DNA from: Fimbriimonadales bacterium
GTDB lineage: Bacteria; Armatimonadota; Fimbriimonadia; Fimbriimonadales; ATM1
Direction: 5' to 3'
Length of the DNA stretch: 64,000 nt
NCBI GenBank assembly: GCA_051003155.1
Contig: JBPCLO010000051.1
Location: forward strand, 1-64,000
Part shown: piece after piece, positions 18,707-28,493 of the stretch
Numbering within the stretch: the stretch's first letter is position 1
How the letters are laid out: every line of letters starts with the position of its first letter
Program-made: the position numbers and the translations under genes
Notes under the pieces: generated by a model
Told to the model about the DNA's origin: nothing
What the model saw: the letters and a program-made list of their open reading frames with translations, nothing else
The model's database searches: none

Positions 18707-19385
18707 GGAATCGGCGCTGCGCGGGCTGGACCTGACCGATTTGCAGCTCCAGTCCTTCGAACAATTCGAGGAGCGCCTCTACGAAGCCAACGAAGTCATG
18801 AACCTGACTCGTGTTCCTAAGGCGGAATGCTGGTCCAGGCACTTTCTGGACTCGCTAAGCCTATCTCTCCTGATCCCCGACGGAGCGAAACTGCTCGACA
18901 TCGGTTCCGGTCCAGGAATGCCCGGCGCGTGCCTCGCCATAGCAAGACCTGACCTGGAGGTGGCCATAATCGAGAGCTCGGGGAAGGCGTTGGGCTTTCT
19001 GCGAGATACCTTTGGCGGGAAGCAGGTTCAAGCCCTCGTGAAGATCGTCGAAGGAAGAGCGGAAGAGCTCGCCCATGTCAAAGAGTTCCGCGAGAAATTC
19101 GACGTGGTGACGGGGCGCGCCCTCGCCCCTCTACCCGTCCAGATCGAGATCAGCGCGCCATTCGTGAGTCTGGGAGGCACGTTCATCCCCATGAGGACCG
19201 ACAAAGACGCAGAGTTGCCAGCCGAATGCGCAGCAAAACTCGGCCTGCAGCTACTCGAAGCGCGCACATGCACAATAAGACCTTTGCAAGCGACTCGCTA
19301 CTTCCCGGTATACCAAAAGCAGAAGCGAACACCAGTCTCATACCCGCGCGCGTGGGCCACGATTCGGCAAAGGCCTTGCGCATGA
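18684..19385 (+). CDS. rsmG: 16S rRNA m7G527 methyltransferase
   Basis: Motifs MNLT, HFLDSL, LDIGSGPGMPG, GRAEE and FDVVTGRA. Confidence 0.92.
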   Translation: MNWKALSEESALRGLDLTDLQLQSFEQFEERLYEANEVMNLTRVPKAECWSRHFLDSLSLSLLIPDGAKLLDIGSGPGMPGACLAIARPDLEVAIIESSGKALGFLRDTFGGKQVQALVKIVEGRAEELAHVKEFREKFDVVTGRALAPLPVQIEISAPFVSLGGTFIPMRTDKDAELPAECAAKLGLQLLEARTCTIRPLQATRYFPVYQKQKRTPVSYPRAWATIRQRPCA

Positions 19386-19870
19386 CCAAGGAAGATCGAA
19401 AGCTCCTCTTCATTCAAGGCGACATCAGCGGGGCCATGGGCGCAATCCTCTATTACTGGCCGATTTTCTTCAAATTTCGTTTACGCGAAAACCCCGGCTA
19501 CGACTACGCCACGCTGTTTCGCCCAAATGTCGATTACGCCGTGCAGGCGATCGCTCAAGCCGACGCTTTCATCTACTACGGCCACGGAAATAGCGGAGGC
19601 ATATGGCTGAGCCATCGGAGCGGTTCGTCGATGAGCCAGCGCTTGGCCGCCGCAGAAGTCGGCCAAATCGCCGACGAGCGGAAGCAGATGGGCAAGGGCC
19701 CGCTCGACTTCGTCCAAATTGCGGGGTGCGATACGTTCCGCGATCAGGAGTGGATCGACGCTTGGCTAGATGTGGCGATGGAGGTCCGCGGCTTCGACGA
19801 AGTGACGTACAACTGGCGCAGACCCTTTAGAATCCCCAAAGAGAAGCGGTTCCGAAGACCGTCATCATAG
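19382..19870 (+). CDS. hypothetical protein, possible caspase-like (clan CD) fold
   Basis: ATGA overlap with rsmG; FIYYGHG and VQIAGC motifs. Confidence 0.6.
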   Translation: MTKEDRKLLFIQGDISGAMGAILYYWPIFFKFRLRENPGYDYATLFRPNVDYAVQAIAQADAFIYYGHGNSGGIWLSHRSGSSMSQRLAAAEVGQIADERKQMGKGPLDFVQIAGCDTFRDQEWIDAWLDVAMEVRGFDEVTYNWRRPFRIPKEKRFRRPSS

Positions 19871-19899
19871 CCCCGGCCCCGCCATCTCGATCCTGCCCA

Positions 19900-20167
19900 C
19901 GCAGGCTTGAACCGTACGCCGGGCCGCGCTCAGCCTCGCTTAATCCCGGCGGATGTTTTTCGTCACGAAGGCGAAGTGGGGCGCTCGTTCGTGGGGACGC
20001 ATCGCCACTTTCGCGTTGGCGTTGTCATATCCGCCAACCTGCTCGTGTACTCGTTGGCCCGATCCAGACGCTGATGCAGCTCCAAAACTGAGCAACCCAC
20101 AAGAGAAGTCGATCGCACGCTCAAGGTTCTCAACCGTGAAGCTCGCATGCCAAACACGATGAATACC
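19900..20167 (-). pseudogene. degraded VOC/glyoxalase family gene
   Basis: IHRVWHASFTVENLERAIDFSCGLL then shifted ELHQRLDRANEYTSRL / GYDNANAKVAM / PHFAFVTKNI. Confidence 0.65.
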
Positions 20168-20209
20168 AGGGTTATAATTTAGCCGAAAGCGGGGTCGAGC
20201 TCCTTCACT

Positions 20210-21526
20210 CTATTTGCCACGGTAGCTGAATTGCTTCGGTGGCAAAGCTTCGTCGCGAGCAAATGGAGGGAGGGTTGGAAACTGAGGAAATGCCGGTTCT
20301 CGACGTGCCAAAGCGCGAAGGTTGAATATCCAGAGAAACATCGGGGCGGCGATCGAAATGCTCAAAGCGTTCAGCCAATCCGGGCCGAGTTGCATCAGCA
20401 GGAAGAGTGCAAGACCGGCGGCTACGCAAAGCCACTTCGACCGCGGTCTCGTGGTCGAAGTGGCTAGCAGCGGCAAGAAAGCCGGAAAGACGTAAACCGC
20501 GTATCGGCCCTTGGCTCCCGGCAGGATCAGATAGAGTGCCGCGCACCAAGCTGCCATAACGAGCAGGGTCGCCAAGACCGGGCTATCGGCAAGATGCCGA
20601 GCCGCCCTGGACGTAACGAGTGCCGTTACCGCAAGAATCGCAAGCCGCATCAGGTTCGCGACAAACAGTACGTGGGATGCCCCGAGATAAAGGTGTGGGA
20701 GCCAGAGCGCGCGAGAGTGGAACGGCTCTTGGTTAGTCAAGTAGCGGAGCATCACGGCGTCGATGCCTTGATTCGAGAACGCGGTCGGGTCCGCCGAGTC
20801 CGCGAATCTCCCGCCAGGTGCGAGGAGCGAGTAATCGACGAAGCCGATGGCCAGCTCCCATGCTCGCGCACCGTACAGAAGGAACGGCACAACGATAACA
20901 AGCCCCGCCAAGCATAGCGCAATTCTCGCCAATTCATGGTGTCGGCGAAACACGGCCGGCACGCCAGCCAGGATCGCAGGATATACCTTGACGCTCGCGG
21001 GCAGAGCGATGCTCAGCGCTGCCAGCCACTTTCGATTCATCGCAATTGCCCATACGTACAGAAGCCAACACGAGACGAACAGGACGCTGAACTGCCCAAC
21101 CTGGATGCAGGACGAGCCCAGCGCCAAAAGAATCCCCGACGCCCATAGAAAAGATGATTCGTATGCGTGGCTGTCCTGTTCGAGGCGCTTCACGATTCCT
21201 GCGAGTAGCCAAATGCCGACGCCGAGCAAGCACAGGTTGAAGGCAGCCCACACGACGGCTGCCGCAGTCGGAGACAGGGGTGCAAGACCATAAAGCGCTC
21301 CCATCCCCGTGGGTGGGATGCAGTTGTACCAGCCGGTCGGCGTGTCGATCGCTCTGTAAAACTCTCCCCCCGCGCCATTGCTCAGCGCCACTGCGCCTCG
21401 GTGGAAAACGCTGAAATCTGTTTGGCTATCTCTTACTCGTGCAACCAGGGAAAGGGCCTGTGACAGGGCGCCCAGCGCAGCCAAACCGAAGAATATCTTC
21501 GATGCTGCCGAGCCCTTCGCGGCCAA
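20210..21526 (-). CDS. GT87 (DUF2029) polytopic glycosyltransferase
   Basis: N-terminal DF..F, YNCIPP, GQ and SVKVYP motifs; many TM helices. Confidence 0.8.
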   Translation of the reverse strand: MAAKGSAASKIFFGLAALGALSQALSLVARVRDSQTDFSVFHRGAVALSNGAGGEFYRAIDTPTGWYNCIPPTGMGALYGLAPLSPTAAAVVWAAFNLCLLGVGIWLLAGIVKRLEQDSHAYESSFLWASGILLALGSSCIQVGQFSVLFVSCWLLYVWAIAMNRKWLAALSIALPASVKVYPAILAGVPAVFRRHHELARIALCLAGLVIVVPFLLYGARAWELAIGFVDYSLLAPGGRFADSADPTAFSNQGIDAVMLRYLTNQEPFHSRALWLPHLYLGASHVLFVANLMRLAILAVTALVTSRAARHLADSPVLATLLVMAAWCAALYLILPGAKGRYAVYVFPAFLPLLATSTTRPRSKWLCVAAGLALFLLMQLGPDWLNALSISIAAPMFLWIFNLRALARREPAFPQFPTLPPFARDEALPPKQFSYRGK

Positions 21527-21531
21527 GTTCT

Positions 21532-22593
21532 TCAGTTTTCGATCAGCCGCTCGAACTCGCCCCGGTCTTTGGCCTTGAGCGCTGCCTCTTCATGGGTGAC
21601 GATGTGGTGTCGCACGAGGTTCGCCAGCGACTGGTCCAAAGTTTGCATGCCGAGCTTCATACCCGTCTGGACGATCGAACTGATTTGATAGGTCTTGTTT
21701 TCGCGAATGAGATTCCTGATCGCGCCCACCGCGTTGAGCATTTCGAAAGCTGCAGTGCGCCCACGACCGTCCGCCCTCTTTACGAGCGTCTGCGAAATCA
21801 CGCCGACCAGGTTCACCGAAAGCTGCATCCTAACTTGTTGCTGCTGGTGCATCGGGAAGACGTCGATGACTCTGTCAACGGTCTGCACAGCGTCGACGGT
21901 ATGCAGCGTGCCGAACACCAGGTGGCCCGTTTCAGAAGCGGTAATCGCCAGCTGGATCGTGTCAAGGTCCCGCATTTCGCCAACCAAGATGACATCAGGG
22001 TCTTGTCGCAGCACGTACTTAAGCGCGTTGGCAAAGCTTAGGGTGTCGAAGTCGAGTTCCCGCTGATTGATGACCGCCATATCGTCTTCGTGGATAAACT
22101 CGATTGGGTCTTCAACCGTGACGATGTGGCACGCCTGGGTGTGGTTGATGTAGTCAATGCAGGCAGCCTGCGTAGTCGACTTTCCGCTGCCCGCAGGGCC
22201 AGTCACCAGCACGAGCCCGCGCGGTCTGTCGCAAAAGTTCTTCACGATCTGGGGCAGACGCAAATCTTCGAGCGTTTCGATCTCGAGCGGAATGACGCGG
22301 AATGCTGCTTGGACGAGCCCACGTTGCTGGTAGACATTTCCGCGAAACCTGGCCAGATCCGGCAACTCGTAGGCGAAATCCAGCTCCAGTTCCTTAAGGA
22401 AACGCCTTCTTTGAACGTCGCTAATCACCGCGAAAATCTCCTCCTGTGCCGTTTCGGCGGTAAAGGGCTCCTCTGAATCGTCTTGCACGAGTTCGCCATG
22501 CACGCGGAAATATGGAGGCGCCCCGGCCTTAATGTGGAGGTCGGAGCCTTCCATCGCGACCGTCTTTCGCAGCAATTTGTCGATCCTATCCAA
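21532..22593 (-). CDS. pilT: type IV pilus retraction ATPase PilT
   Basis: Motifs SDLHI, GPAGSGKST, EDPIE, LRQDPDVILVGEMRD, TLHT, AIRNLIRE and GMQT. Confidence 0.93.
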   Translation of the reverse strand: MDRIDKLLRKTVAMEGSDLHIKAGAPPYFRVHGELVQDDSEEPFTAETAQEEIFAVISDVQRRRFLKELELDFAYELPDLARFRGNVYQQRGLVQAAFRVIPLEIETLEDLRLPQIVKNFCDRPRGLVLVTGPAGSGKSTTQAACIDYINHTQACHIVTVEDPIEFIHEDDMAVINQRELDFDTLSFANALKYVLRQDPDVILVGEMRDLDTIQLAITASETGHLVFGTLHTVDAVQTVDRVIDVFPMHQQQQVRMQLSVNLVGVISQTLVKRADGRGRTAAFEMLNAVGAIRNLIRENKTYQISSIVQTGMKLGMQTLDQSLANLVRHHIVTHEEAALKAKDRGEFERLIEN

Positions 22594-23677
22594 CGGGAGC
22601 TGCCTCGATAATTCCCATGTTCATTGCGCGTCGCTGGAATTCTTGCGGAGCTTGGCTGCGCGCAAGGGCGTGGTCGTAATCGATCTGGCCGTTCTTGAGC
22701 AACTCCAAAAGATGGCTGTCGAGGGTTTGCATCCCGAACTCGTGTCCGGTCTGAATATCGAGGTAAATCTGATGGGTTTTGCCTTCGCGAATGAGTGTCC
22801 GCACGCTCGGCGTAGCTACAAGAACCTCGAATGCGGCGACCCGGCCCTTCTCGTCTTTCGTCGGCAGAAGTGACTGGCTGATGACCGCCTGAAGCGTCAC
22901 TGCAAGCTGAGTGCGGATTTGGGCCTGCTGGTCTGGCGAAAAAACATCCACCATCCGGTCGATCGTCTGCGCGGCGTCGACGGTGTGCAGTGTGGACATG
23001 ACAAGGTGGCCGGTCTCAGCAGCGGTTATTGCGAGCTGGATTGTTTCCAAGTCGCGCATCTCTCCTACCAGGATGACGTCCGGGTTCTGGCGCATGACAT
23101 GCCGAAGTGCATCCGCGAACGAGTGCGTGTCGACACCCAATTCCCTTTGGTTGATAATCGAAACCTGATCGGTGTGCATGTACTCGATCGGGTCCTCGAT
23201 CGTCATAATATGCTGTTTGCGCTGACTGTTGATGTGATTAACAAGAGCAGCAAGAGTTGTACTTTTCCCGGAGCCAGTCGGTCCCGTTACCAGTATTAGA
23301 CCACGAGGCAGTAGCGCAAGCTGCTTCGTCACCTGCGGGATTTGCAACTCGTCGATCGTCTTCACTTTGAATGGAATGACACGGAAAACCGCGCCCAGCG
23401 AACCCCGATGCCAAAACATGTTGACCCTGAATCGGCTTAGGCCTTCGACCTGGTGAGATAGGTCGAGCTCTTTGAAGCTTTCGAGTCTGGCCCAGCGTTC
23501 ATCGGTCAGGATGCTTCTCAGCAGTGCCGTGGTCTGCTCTTCGGTAAGGGCCGGGTAATCGGTCCGGATCAGCGTGCCATGAACCCGCATCACAGGCGGC
23601 AATCCGGCCTTGATGTGAAGGTCGCTCGCATCGCGGCTAACAAGCTCCCTCAGCAGGTCGTCGATCGAGAGTTGCAT
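22586..23677 (-). CDS. pilT: PilT/PilU family ATPase
   Basis: Motifs GPTGSGKSTT, EDPIE, VGEMRD, STLHT, VRTLIREGK and GMQT. Confidence 0.92.
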   Translation of the reverse strand: MQLSIDDLLRELVSRDASDLHIKAGLPPVMRVHGTLIRTDYPALTEEQTTALLRSILTDERWARLESFKELDLSHQVEGLSRFRVNMFWHRGSLGAVFRVIPFKVKTIDELQIPQVTKQLALLPRGLILVTGPTGSGKSTTLAALVNHINSQRKQHIMTIEDPIEYMHTDQVSIINQRELGVDTHSFADALRHVMRQNPDVILVGEMRDLETIQLAITAAETGHLVMSTLHTVDAAQTIDRMVDVFSPDQQAQIRTQLAVTLQAVISQSLLPTKDEKGRVAAFEVLVATPSVRTLIREGKTHQIYLDIQTGHEFGMQTLDSHLLELLKNGQIDYDHALARSQAPQEFQRRAMNMGIIEAAPVG

Positions 23678-23680
23678 GCC

Positions 23681-24760
23681 TTAGCGGCGCAGCAACTGCC
23701 GAAGTTCCGAAACGACACCGGCGTAACTCAGCGCGACGTCCTCGGTAATGACACCAGCCTTCACATATTTGACCAAGCTCTGGTTCATGGTTTGCATGCC
23801 CCAGAAGTGGCCTTCGCTGATTGCGTGGTACAGCTCGCCGAAGTGGCCCTCTTCCACCAACTTGCTGATCGTCGGCGTACAGATCATGACCTCTGCGGCG
23901 ACAACGCGGCCGTTGCCATCCGCACGTGGCACCAGCTTCTGCGAAACTACCGCTCGTAGGGAACCCGCAAGCCGCATGCACAGGTGGTTCTTTTCGTGCG
24001 GCGGGAACATGTTGATAATACGATCGAGGGTCTCGCCAGCACTCGGTGTGTGCACGGTGGACATGACCAAGTGGCCGGTCTCACCTGCCTGCAGGGCTAC
24101 GTTCATCGTTTCGACGTCGCGCATCTCACCGACGAGGATGACGTCGGGCGCCTCGCGTACGACTGCGCGCATCGCGATGTGGAAGTCGTGGGTGTCGATG
24201 TGAACCTCGCGCTGGCTGATATAGGAGAGCTTGTCCGCGTGGACAAATTCGAGCGGGTCCTCGATCGTGACGATGTGGGCCTGACGAGTCTTGTTTATTA
24301 CGTCGATAATCGCCGCCAGCGACGTGGTCTTTCCGCAGCCGGTGGGCCCCGTGAAAAGTACGAGTCCTTGTCTGATTTTTGCCGATTCGTTTAAAACGGG
24401 CGGCAGCCCGAGCTGCTCGACCGACAGAATCTCGAGCGGAATCAATCGGAAGACGCCTGCATGGCCGCCGCGCTGGAAGTAGAGGTTTGCGCGGATGCGC
24501 ATCATGTCGCCAACGGAGAACGCGACGTCCATTTCGAGGCGATCCTCGAACTGAGCGGCCTGCTTGCTGGTCATCGTGCTAAGGATCAGGCGCTTGGCCT
24601 GCTCGTCGTCGATGACCTCCCAGTCGCCGGGCAACGGCTTTACCAGCGCGTGCTGCCGAATCTTCGGCACTGACCCGGCCTTGATGAATAAGTCCGAACA
24701 CTTCTCTTTGTAGGCGATTTTGAGAAGCTCGTGGAGAGTGGCGTCCTCGATTTTTGCCAT
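23681..24760 (-). CDS. PilT/PilU family ATPase (lacks AIRNLIRE; PilU-like)
   Basis: Motifs GPTGCGKTT, EDPLE, VGEMRD, STVHT and TISKLVEEG. Confidence 0.9.
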   Translation of the reverse strand: MAKIEDATLHELLKIAYKEKCSDLFIKAGSVPKIRQHALVKPLPGDWEVIDDEQAKRLILSTMTSKQAAQFEDRLEMDVAFSVGDMMRIRANLYFQRGGHAGVFRLIPLEILSVEQLGLPPVLNESAKIRQGLVLFTGPTGCGKTTSLAAIIDVINKTRQAHIVTIEDPLEFVHADKLSYISQREVHIDTHDFHIAMRAVVREAPDVILVGEMRDVETMNVALQAGETGHLVMSTVHTPSAGETLDRIINMFPPHEKNHLCMRLAGSLRAVVSQKLVPRADGNGRVVAAEVMICTPTISKLVEEGHFGELYHAISEGHFWGMQTMNQSLVKYVKAGVITEDVALSYAGVVSELRQLLRR

Positions 24761-24775
24761 GTTGATTTTGTACCT

Positions 24776-25492
24776 CTAAGCCTGCCCTGCCTTTTGCTTC
24801 GCTTTGCGACCTGGGCGCAGGGCGAAGTATACCAAAACACCTGCCGCAACAGCGGCGGCGGCCACCCACGGAACGAGGTGGCCACCGGATTGCACCTTAG
24901 ACGCTTGCTGTGCCTGTTTCGTTTGATCCTGAACAGTCTCTGGAATTCGAATCTGATCGGGGTTCTGAGTTTTCAGCGTCACCCGATAGTCCACGGCGTT
25001 GAGGTTCGCATCGTATTGAGAAATAACGTTCGCAGCGCCCGACGATTTAGCGACCGTGACGCCCTCCTTGGGCCGTTCATTCTCGAAGGTTATGGCCAGC
25101 ATTTCGACCCGGTGCGCTTCCGGCCCGCCCGCGAATGCCCGAGCGAACGCATTCAACTCAAGAGTTCCCGCTTGCCGGTCGATCAGACCGTTCATCGCGA
25201 AGCTGGCCGTCAACATGTTTCCGATCATTCCGCCGGCGGCGGTGTAGACGATTTCCAGGCCGCGGATGTCCGTGTTCTTATACTGGCCGAGCCTCTCGAT
25301 TTGATCGGCGAGAAGATCCTTCGGATATTTCTCGTCTTGCATTCGAATCACAACATACTCGGGGCCGACGGAGGATTTTTTGACATTGATGTGGACGTCC
25401 GGCCTTCCCGATAGGAGCACTTGGGGTTGGGCAAGCGCCGGCAAGGCCAATCCGACAAAGATCGAGGCGGAAAGGGAAACGAACCGGGCCAC
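24776..25492 (-). CDS. exported protein with C-terminal TM anchor and basic tail
   Basis: Signal peptide; ends VPWVAAAAVAAGVLVYFALRPGRKAKQK; directly upstream of the pilT cluster. Confidence 0.75.
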   Translation of the reverse strand: MARFVSLSASIFVGLALPALAQPQVLLSGRPDVHINVKKSSVGPEYVVIRMQDEKYPKDLLADQIERLGQYKNTDIRGLEIVYTAAGGMIGNMLTASFAMNGLIDRQAGTLELNAFARAFAGGPEAHRVEMLAITFENERPKEGVTVAKSSGAANVISQYDANLNAVDYRVTLKTQNPDQIRIPETVQDQTKQAQQASKVQSGGHLVPWVAAAAVAAGVLVYFALRPGRKAKQKAGQA

Positions 25493-25544
25493 GCCCGATG
25501 CTACCTTGTAAGTTTGGCTCCCGGCAGCCGCCGAGGGCCAAGCT

Positions 25545-26225
25545 CTATCGTCTTCTGCCCAGCGCCAAAAGCGCCAAGCCGACCATCAGCGCAGCCAATA
25601 GCCCTGGCTCGGGAACCGGGTTACCGCCAAGCTTCGCCTACCCATCGTTGGGCGGGATGCCTTGCAGGTGCAACCATGCGAACAGATCTGTAGGTTCGCC
25701 AGAGTGCGTCGCGGTCGTAAAGGTCCCGGTGTCTAAACCTCTACCCGTAAGCGTAACCGTTGCAGACAGTCCCGGTAAGAACCGCCCGTCAGGAGGTGAG
25801 TTGACAAACTCGATCCTCATGTCGAACTGGTAACCGACAATGGTAAAGAAGTCATCGCCAAATTCAGGCGTACTTTCTATATGCGGGTCCAACGGCTCCA
25901 TCGCCGCGATGTCAGTTGGGACCGACAACAAGCCATGTCAAGTTCGGTGGAACTGCCCTGCTTCGGATGTCAAGCTGTGATCGAGCCTTAGCTCGACGGT
26001 ATTAGGCCCGAGGTCTGTCAATGTGAGCGTGGTCCACGGCGGGGTTCCCCCCGGAGTATCCCCCGTGATGACCTCGTCGAATGTGTAGACCAAGATGTCG
26101 GCTCGGGCGTTCATGCCAAAACCTACGAGAAACAAAGCCGCGGCAGTCACCGCGCACGCGCGACCATTGAAGGTCGCGCAAATTAGAGCGCGACTAATCC
26201 CAAATTTGCCGTCAAACGGCAACAA
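25545..26225 (-). pseudogene. disrupted PEP-CTERM protein
   Basis: One frame with TGA at 25938-25940 and TAG at 25638-25640, ending AKLGGNPVPEPGLLAALMVGLALLALGRRR*. Confidence 0.75.
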
Positions 26226-26283
26226 TGCAATATTTCACAAGAATGTCGAACTTAGGTTCGGCATTCTTGCGAGTTTCTAAGCG

Positions 26284-28323
26284 CTACTTTTCATGCAGGC
26301 CGAGGTGCCGCAAAAACGCCTTCATATTCGGCTCTCGACCCAGGTAGTCCTCGAGCATATCCATCTCGTCCACGCTCCCACCGCGTGCCAGGATTTTCTC
26401 GCGATAGTATTGCCCGGCCTTCGGGCTGAGCAGCCCGAGTTCCTCGAATCTTTGGAACATGTCTTGAGCGTAAACGAGCGACCACAGATAACCGTAGTAG
26501 GCGCCTTCATAACCGACCAGATGCCCGAAGGAAGCCTGGAAGTAGGTCAACGGAACGGGCTTGTAAAGCAATACTTTTCCGTACACATCGTTGCCGACCT
26601 GAGTGGAATCCACGTCGCCGCCCGGCGCAGTGTGGTAGGCCTGGTCCATAAGGCCGAGATAGAATTGGCCCTCGGTTTCGAGCCCGCTGCCCAGCGTTCT
26701 CGCCTTTTTCATGCCCTCGAGCATCTTATTGGGTAGCGGCTCGTTGGTCTTGTAATGCTTGGCAAATGTCTTCAAAACCTCCGGCGACCAGACCCAGTTC
26801 TCCATCATCTGAGAAGGCGCCTCCACGAAATCACGCGCGACCTTCGTGCCCGAAAATCGCCCAAGCCTCGTGTTTGTCAAAATCTGGTGCAAGCCGTGTC
26901 CGAATTCGTGGAAAAAAGTTTCCACCTCGTCGTGAGGAAGCAGGGATGGCTTGTCCGCCGTCGGCTTGGTGAAATTGCATACCAGCGCCGCAAGCGGCGT
27001 CTGCACGGATCCATCTTTGTCGGCCTTACGAGGCCGAAGGCCCCAGCAAGCGGCGTGATTGTATTTATTCTCGCGCGGATAAAGGTCGGTGTAAAGGCGT
27101 CCAAGAAGCTCGTTCTTCTCCTTTTCCCAAACCTCATAAAGCTTAACGTCTTCGTGCCAAATCGGCAGGCCCATCTCTTTTGCCTTGCTCGTAACATCGC
27201 GGTATTCGATCCCGTACAGCGCCGAAGTAATGCTGAACAAACCGTCGACGACCCGTTCCATCGGGAAATACTCTGCGACCTTCTCGCTGTCAACCGAATA
27301 CTTATGTTTCAAGAGCCGCGTCTTGTAGAACGAATAATCCCACTGCTTGAATTCGGCCTTGCTATTTCTGGTGTGCTTACGCTTTTCGTTCTGAAATTCA
27401 TCGAAATCGAGCAGCGCCTTTTTGCGCACGATCGGCTTCAGGTCTTCATAAAACTTGGCCACATTCTCGTCGGTTTTCGCCATTCGCGTTTCGATTTCGT
27501 AATCCACCGTCGTGTCGTAACCGAGCATCTTCGTCGCTTCTGCACGCAGTTTGATCAGGCGTTCGAGCGTGCGGATATTCTCGCTTCCTCCTCGCCGTCT
27601 GTACGAGATCCAGGCCTTTTCTCGCGTGAGGGGCACCTGGCAATAGTCCATTAGCGCGCCATAGGAGGGCCCGTCCAGCTTGTAAAGGATCACGTCGGCG
27701 GCTTTCTCCTGCCGATCGATCGTGTCTTTGGGCACACCCTTTAACTCGGAAATTAGAAGCGGCACCCGCGTGTTGTCTTCGGCAATCTTCTGATCGAACT
27801 CGATGCCGAGTTTGCTCAGCTCTTTCTCGATTTCCTTTAGCTTTTCGCGATCACCGGCAGAGAGCTCCATGCCGGCTCGCCGATAATCGCGCATCGTGAA
27901 TAAGAGCATGCGCATCTCTTCGCCCTCAAGATTTGGCTTAGTGTCTGCGTAGGCTTTGATCGCCTTGTAAAGGTCCTCCCGCTTGCCCATTTCGATGTAC
28001 CAGTTCGTCACCGTCTCTTCCGCCGCGCGCGATGAGTCGCGCTCATTGGCATCGGTAGAGACGTACTGCATGAACAGAATCAGCGACGTGTCGTTGTCGA
28101 GCCGAACGTCCATAGCGTCGAGTGCGCCCAGCGTATTCTCGAAGGTGCGCTGTCCATTAGGTACCGCAATAATCGCCGCCACGGCAGCGTCAGCGCGCGC
28201 CAGCGCATCCTTGATTGCCTGCGGCGCTTCCTGGGTGACGCCCAGCGAGCATAGCCAAAAGCAAATTCCGATGACAAAAAACCGAAACTGTTTTAATAAT
28301 CGCATCTGTTGATACTGTGGCAC
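26284..28323 (-). CDS. M3 family oligopeptidase (thimet/neurolysin-like)
   Basis: Motifs FHEFGHGLH, DFVEAPSQMMENW and YYGYLWS. Start uncertain. Confidence 0.93.
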   Translation of the reverse strand: MPQYQQMRLLKQFRFFVIGICFWLCSLGVTQEAPQAIKDALARADAAVAAIIAVPNGQRTFENTLGALDAMDVRLDNDTSLILFMQYVSTDANERDSSRAAEETVTNWYIEMGKREDLYKAIKAYADTKPNLEGEEMRMLLFTMRDYRRAGMELSAGDREKLKEIEKELSKLGIEFDQKIAEDNTRVPLLISELKGVPKDTIDRQEKAADVILYKLDGPSYGALMDYCQVPLTREKAWISYRRRGGSENIRTLERLIKLRAEATKMLGYDTTVDYEIETRMAKTDENVAKFYEDLKPIVRKKALLDFDEFQNEKRKHTRNSKAEFKQWDYSFYKTRLLKHKYSVDSEKVAEYFPMERVVDGLFSITSALYGIEYRDVTSKAKEMGLPIWHEDVKLYEVWEKEKNELLGRLYTDLYPRENKYNHAACWGLRPRKADKDGSVQTPLAALVCNFTKPTADKPSLLPHDEVETFFHEFGHGLHQILTNTRLGRFSGTKVARDFVEAPSQMMENWVWSPEVLKTFAKHYKTNEPLPNKMLEGMKKARTLGSGLETEGQFYLGLMDQAYHTAPGGDVDSTQVGNDVYGKVLLYKPVPLTYFQASFGHLVGYEGAYYGYLWSLVYAQDMFQRFEELGLLSPKAGQYYREKILARGGSVDEMDMLEDYLGREPNMKAFLRHLGLHEK

Positions 28324-28493
28324 GGCGCGGGGATGCCTCGCAACTCCAAGAGCTTAGACGTGTATCCAATCCGTTTGTGCAGGACTAGTGTTTCGCCCCA
28401 ACTTTGCAAGCTCAACGCGACTGCCTGCCTTGAGGCGCAGAATCGCAAAATGCAGTACCACGTGGATAGTCGTTTCGCCGTGAATGGCACCCT

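Noticed and set aside
25638..25640. In-frame TAG as pyrrolysine or programmed readthrough
   Set aside because: No pyl genes or tRNA-Pyl in the window; the gene has other lesions; a single TCG>TAG change explains it.
25938..25940. In-frame TGA in the PEP-CTERM gene as another selenocysteine
   Set aside because: The local sequence reads better as two compensating deletions (F-[I]-T-E-L-D-M-A in a shifted frame). There is no Cys-like context, and the gene also has a premature TAG.
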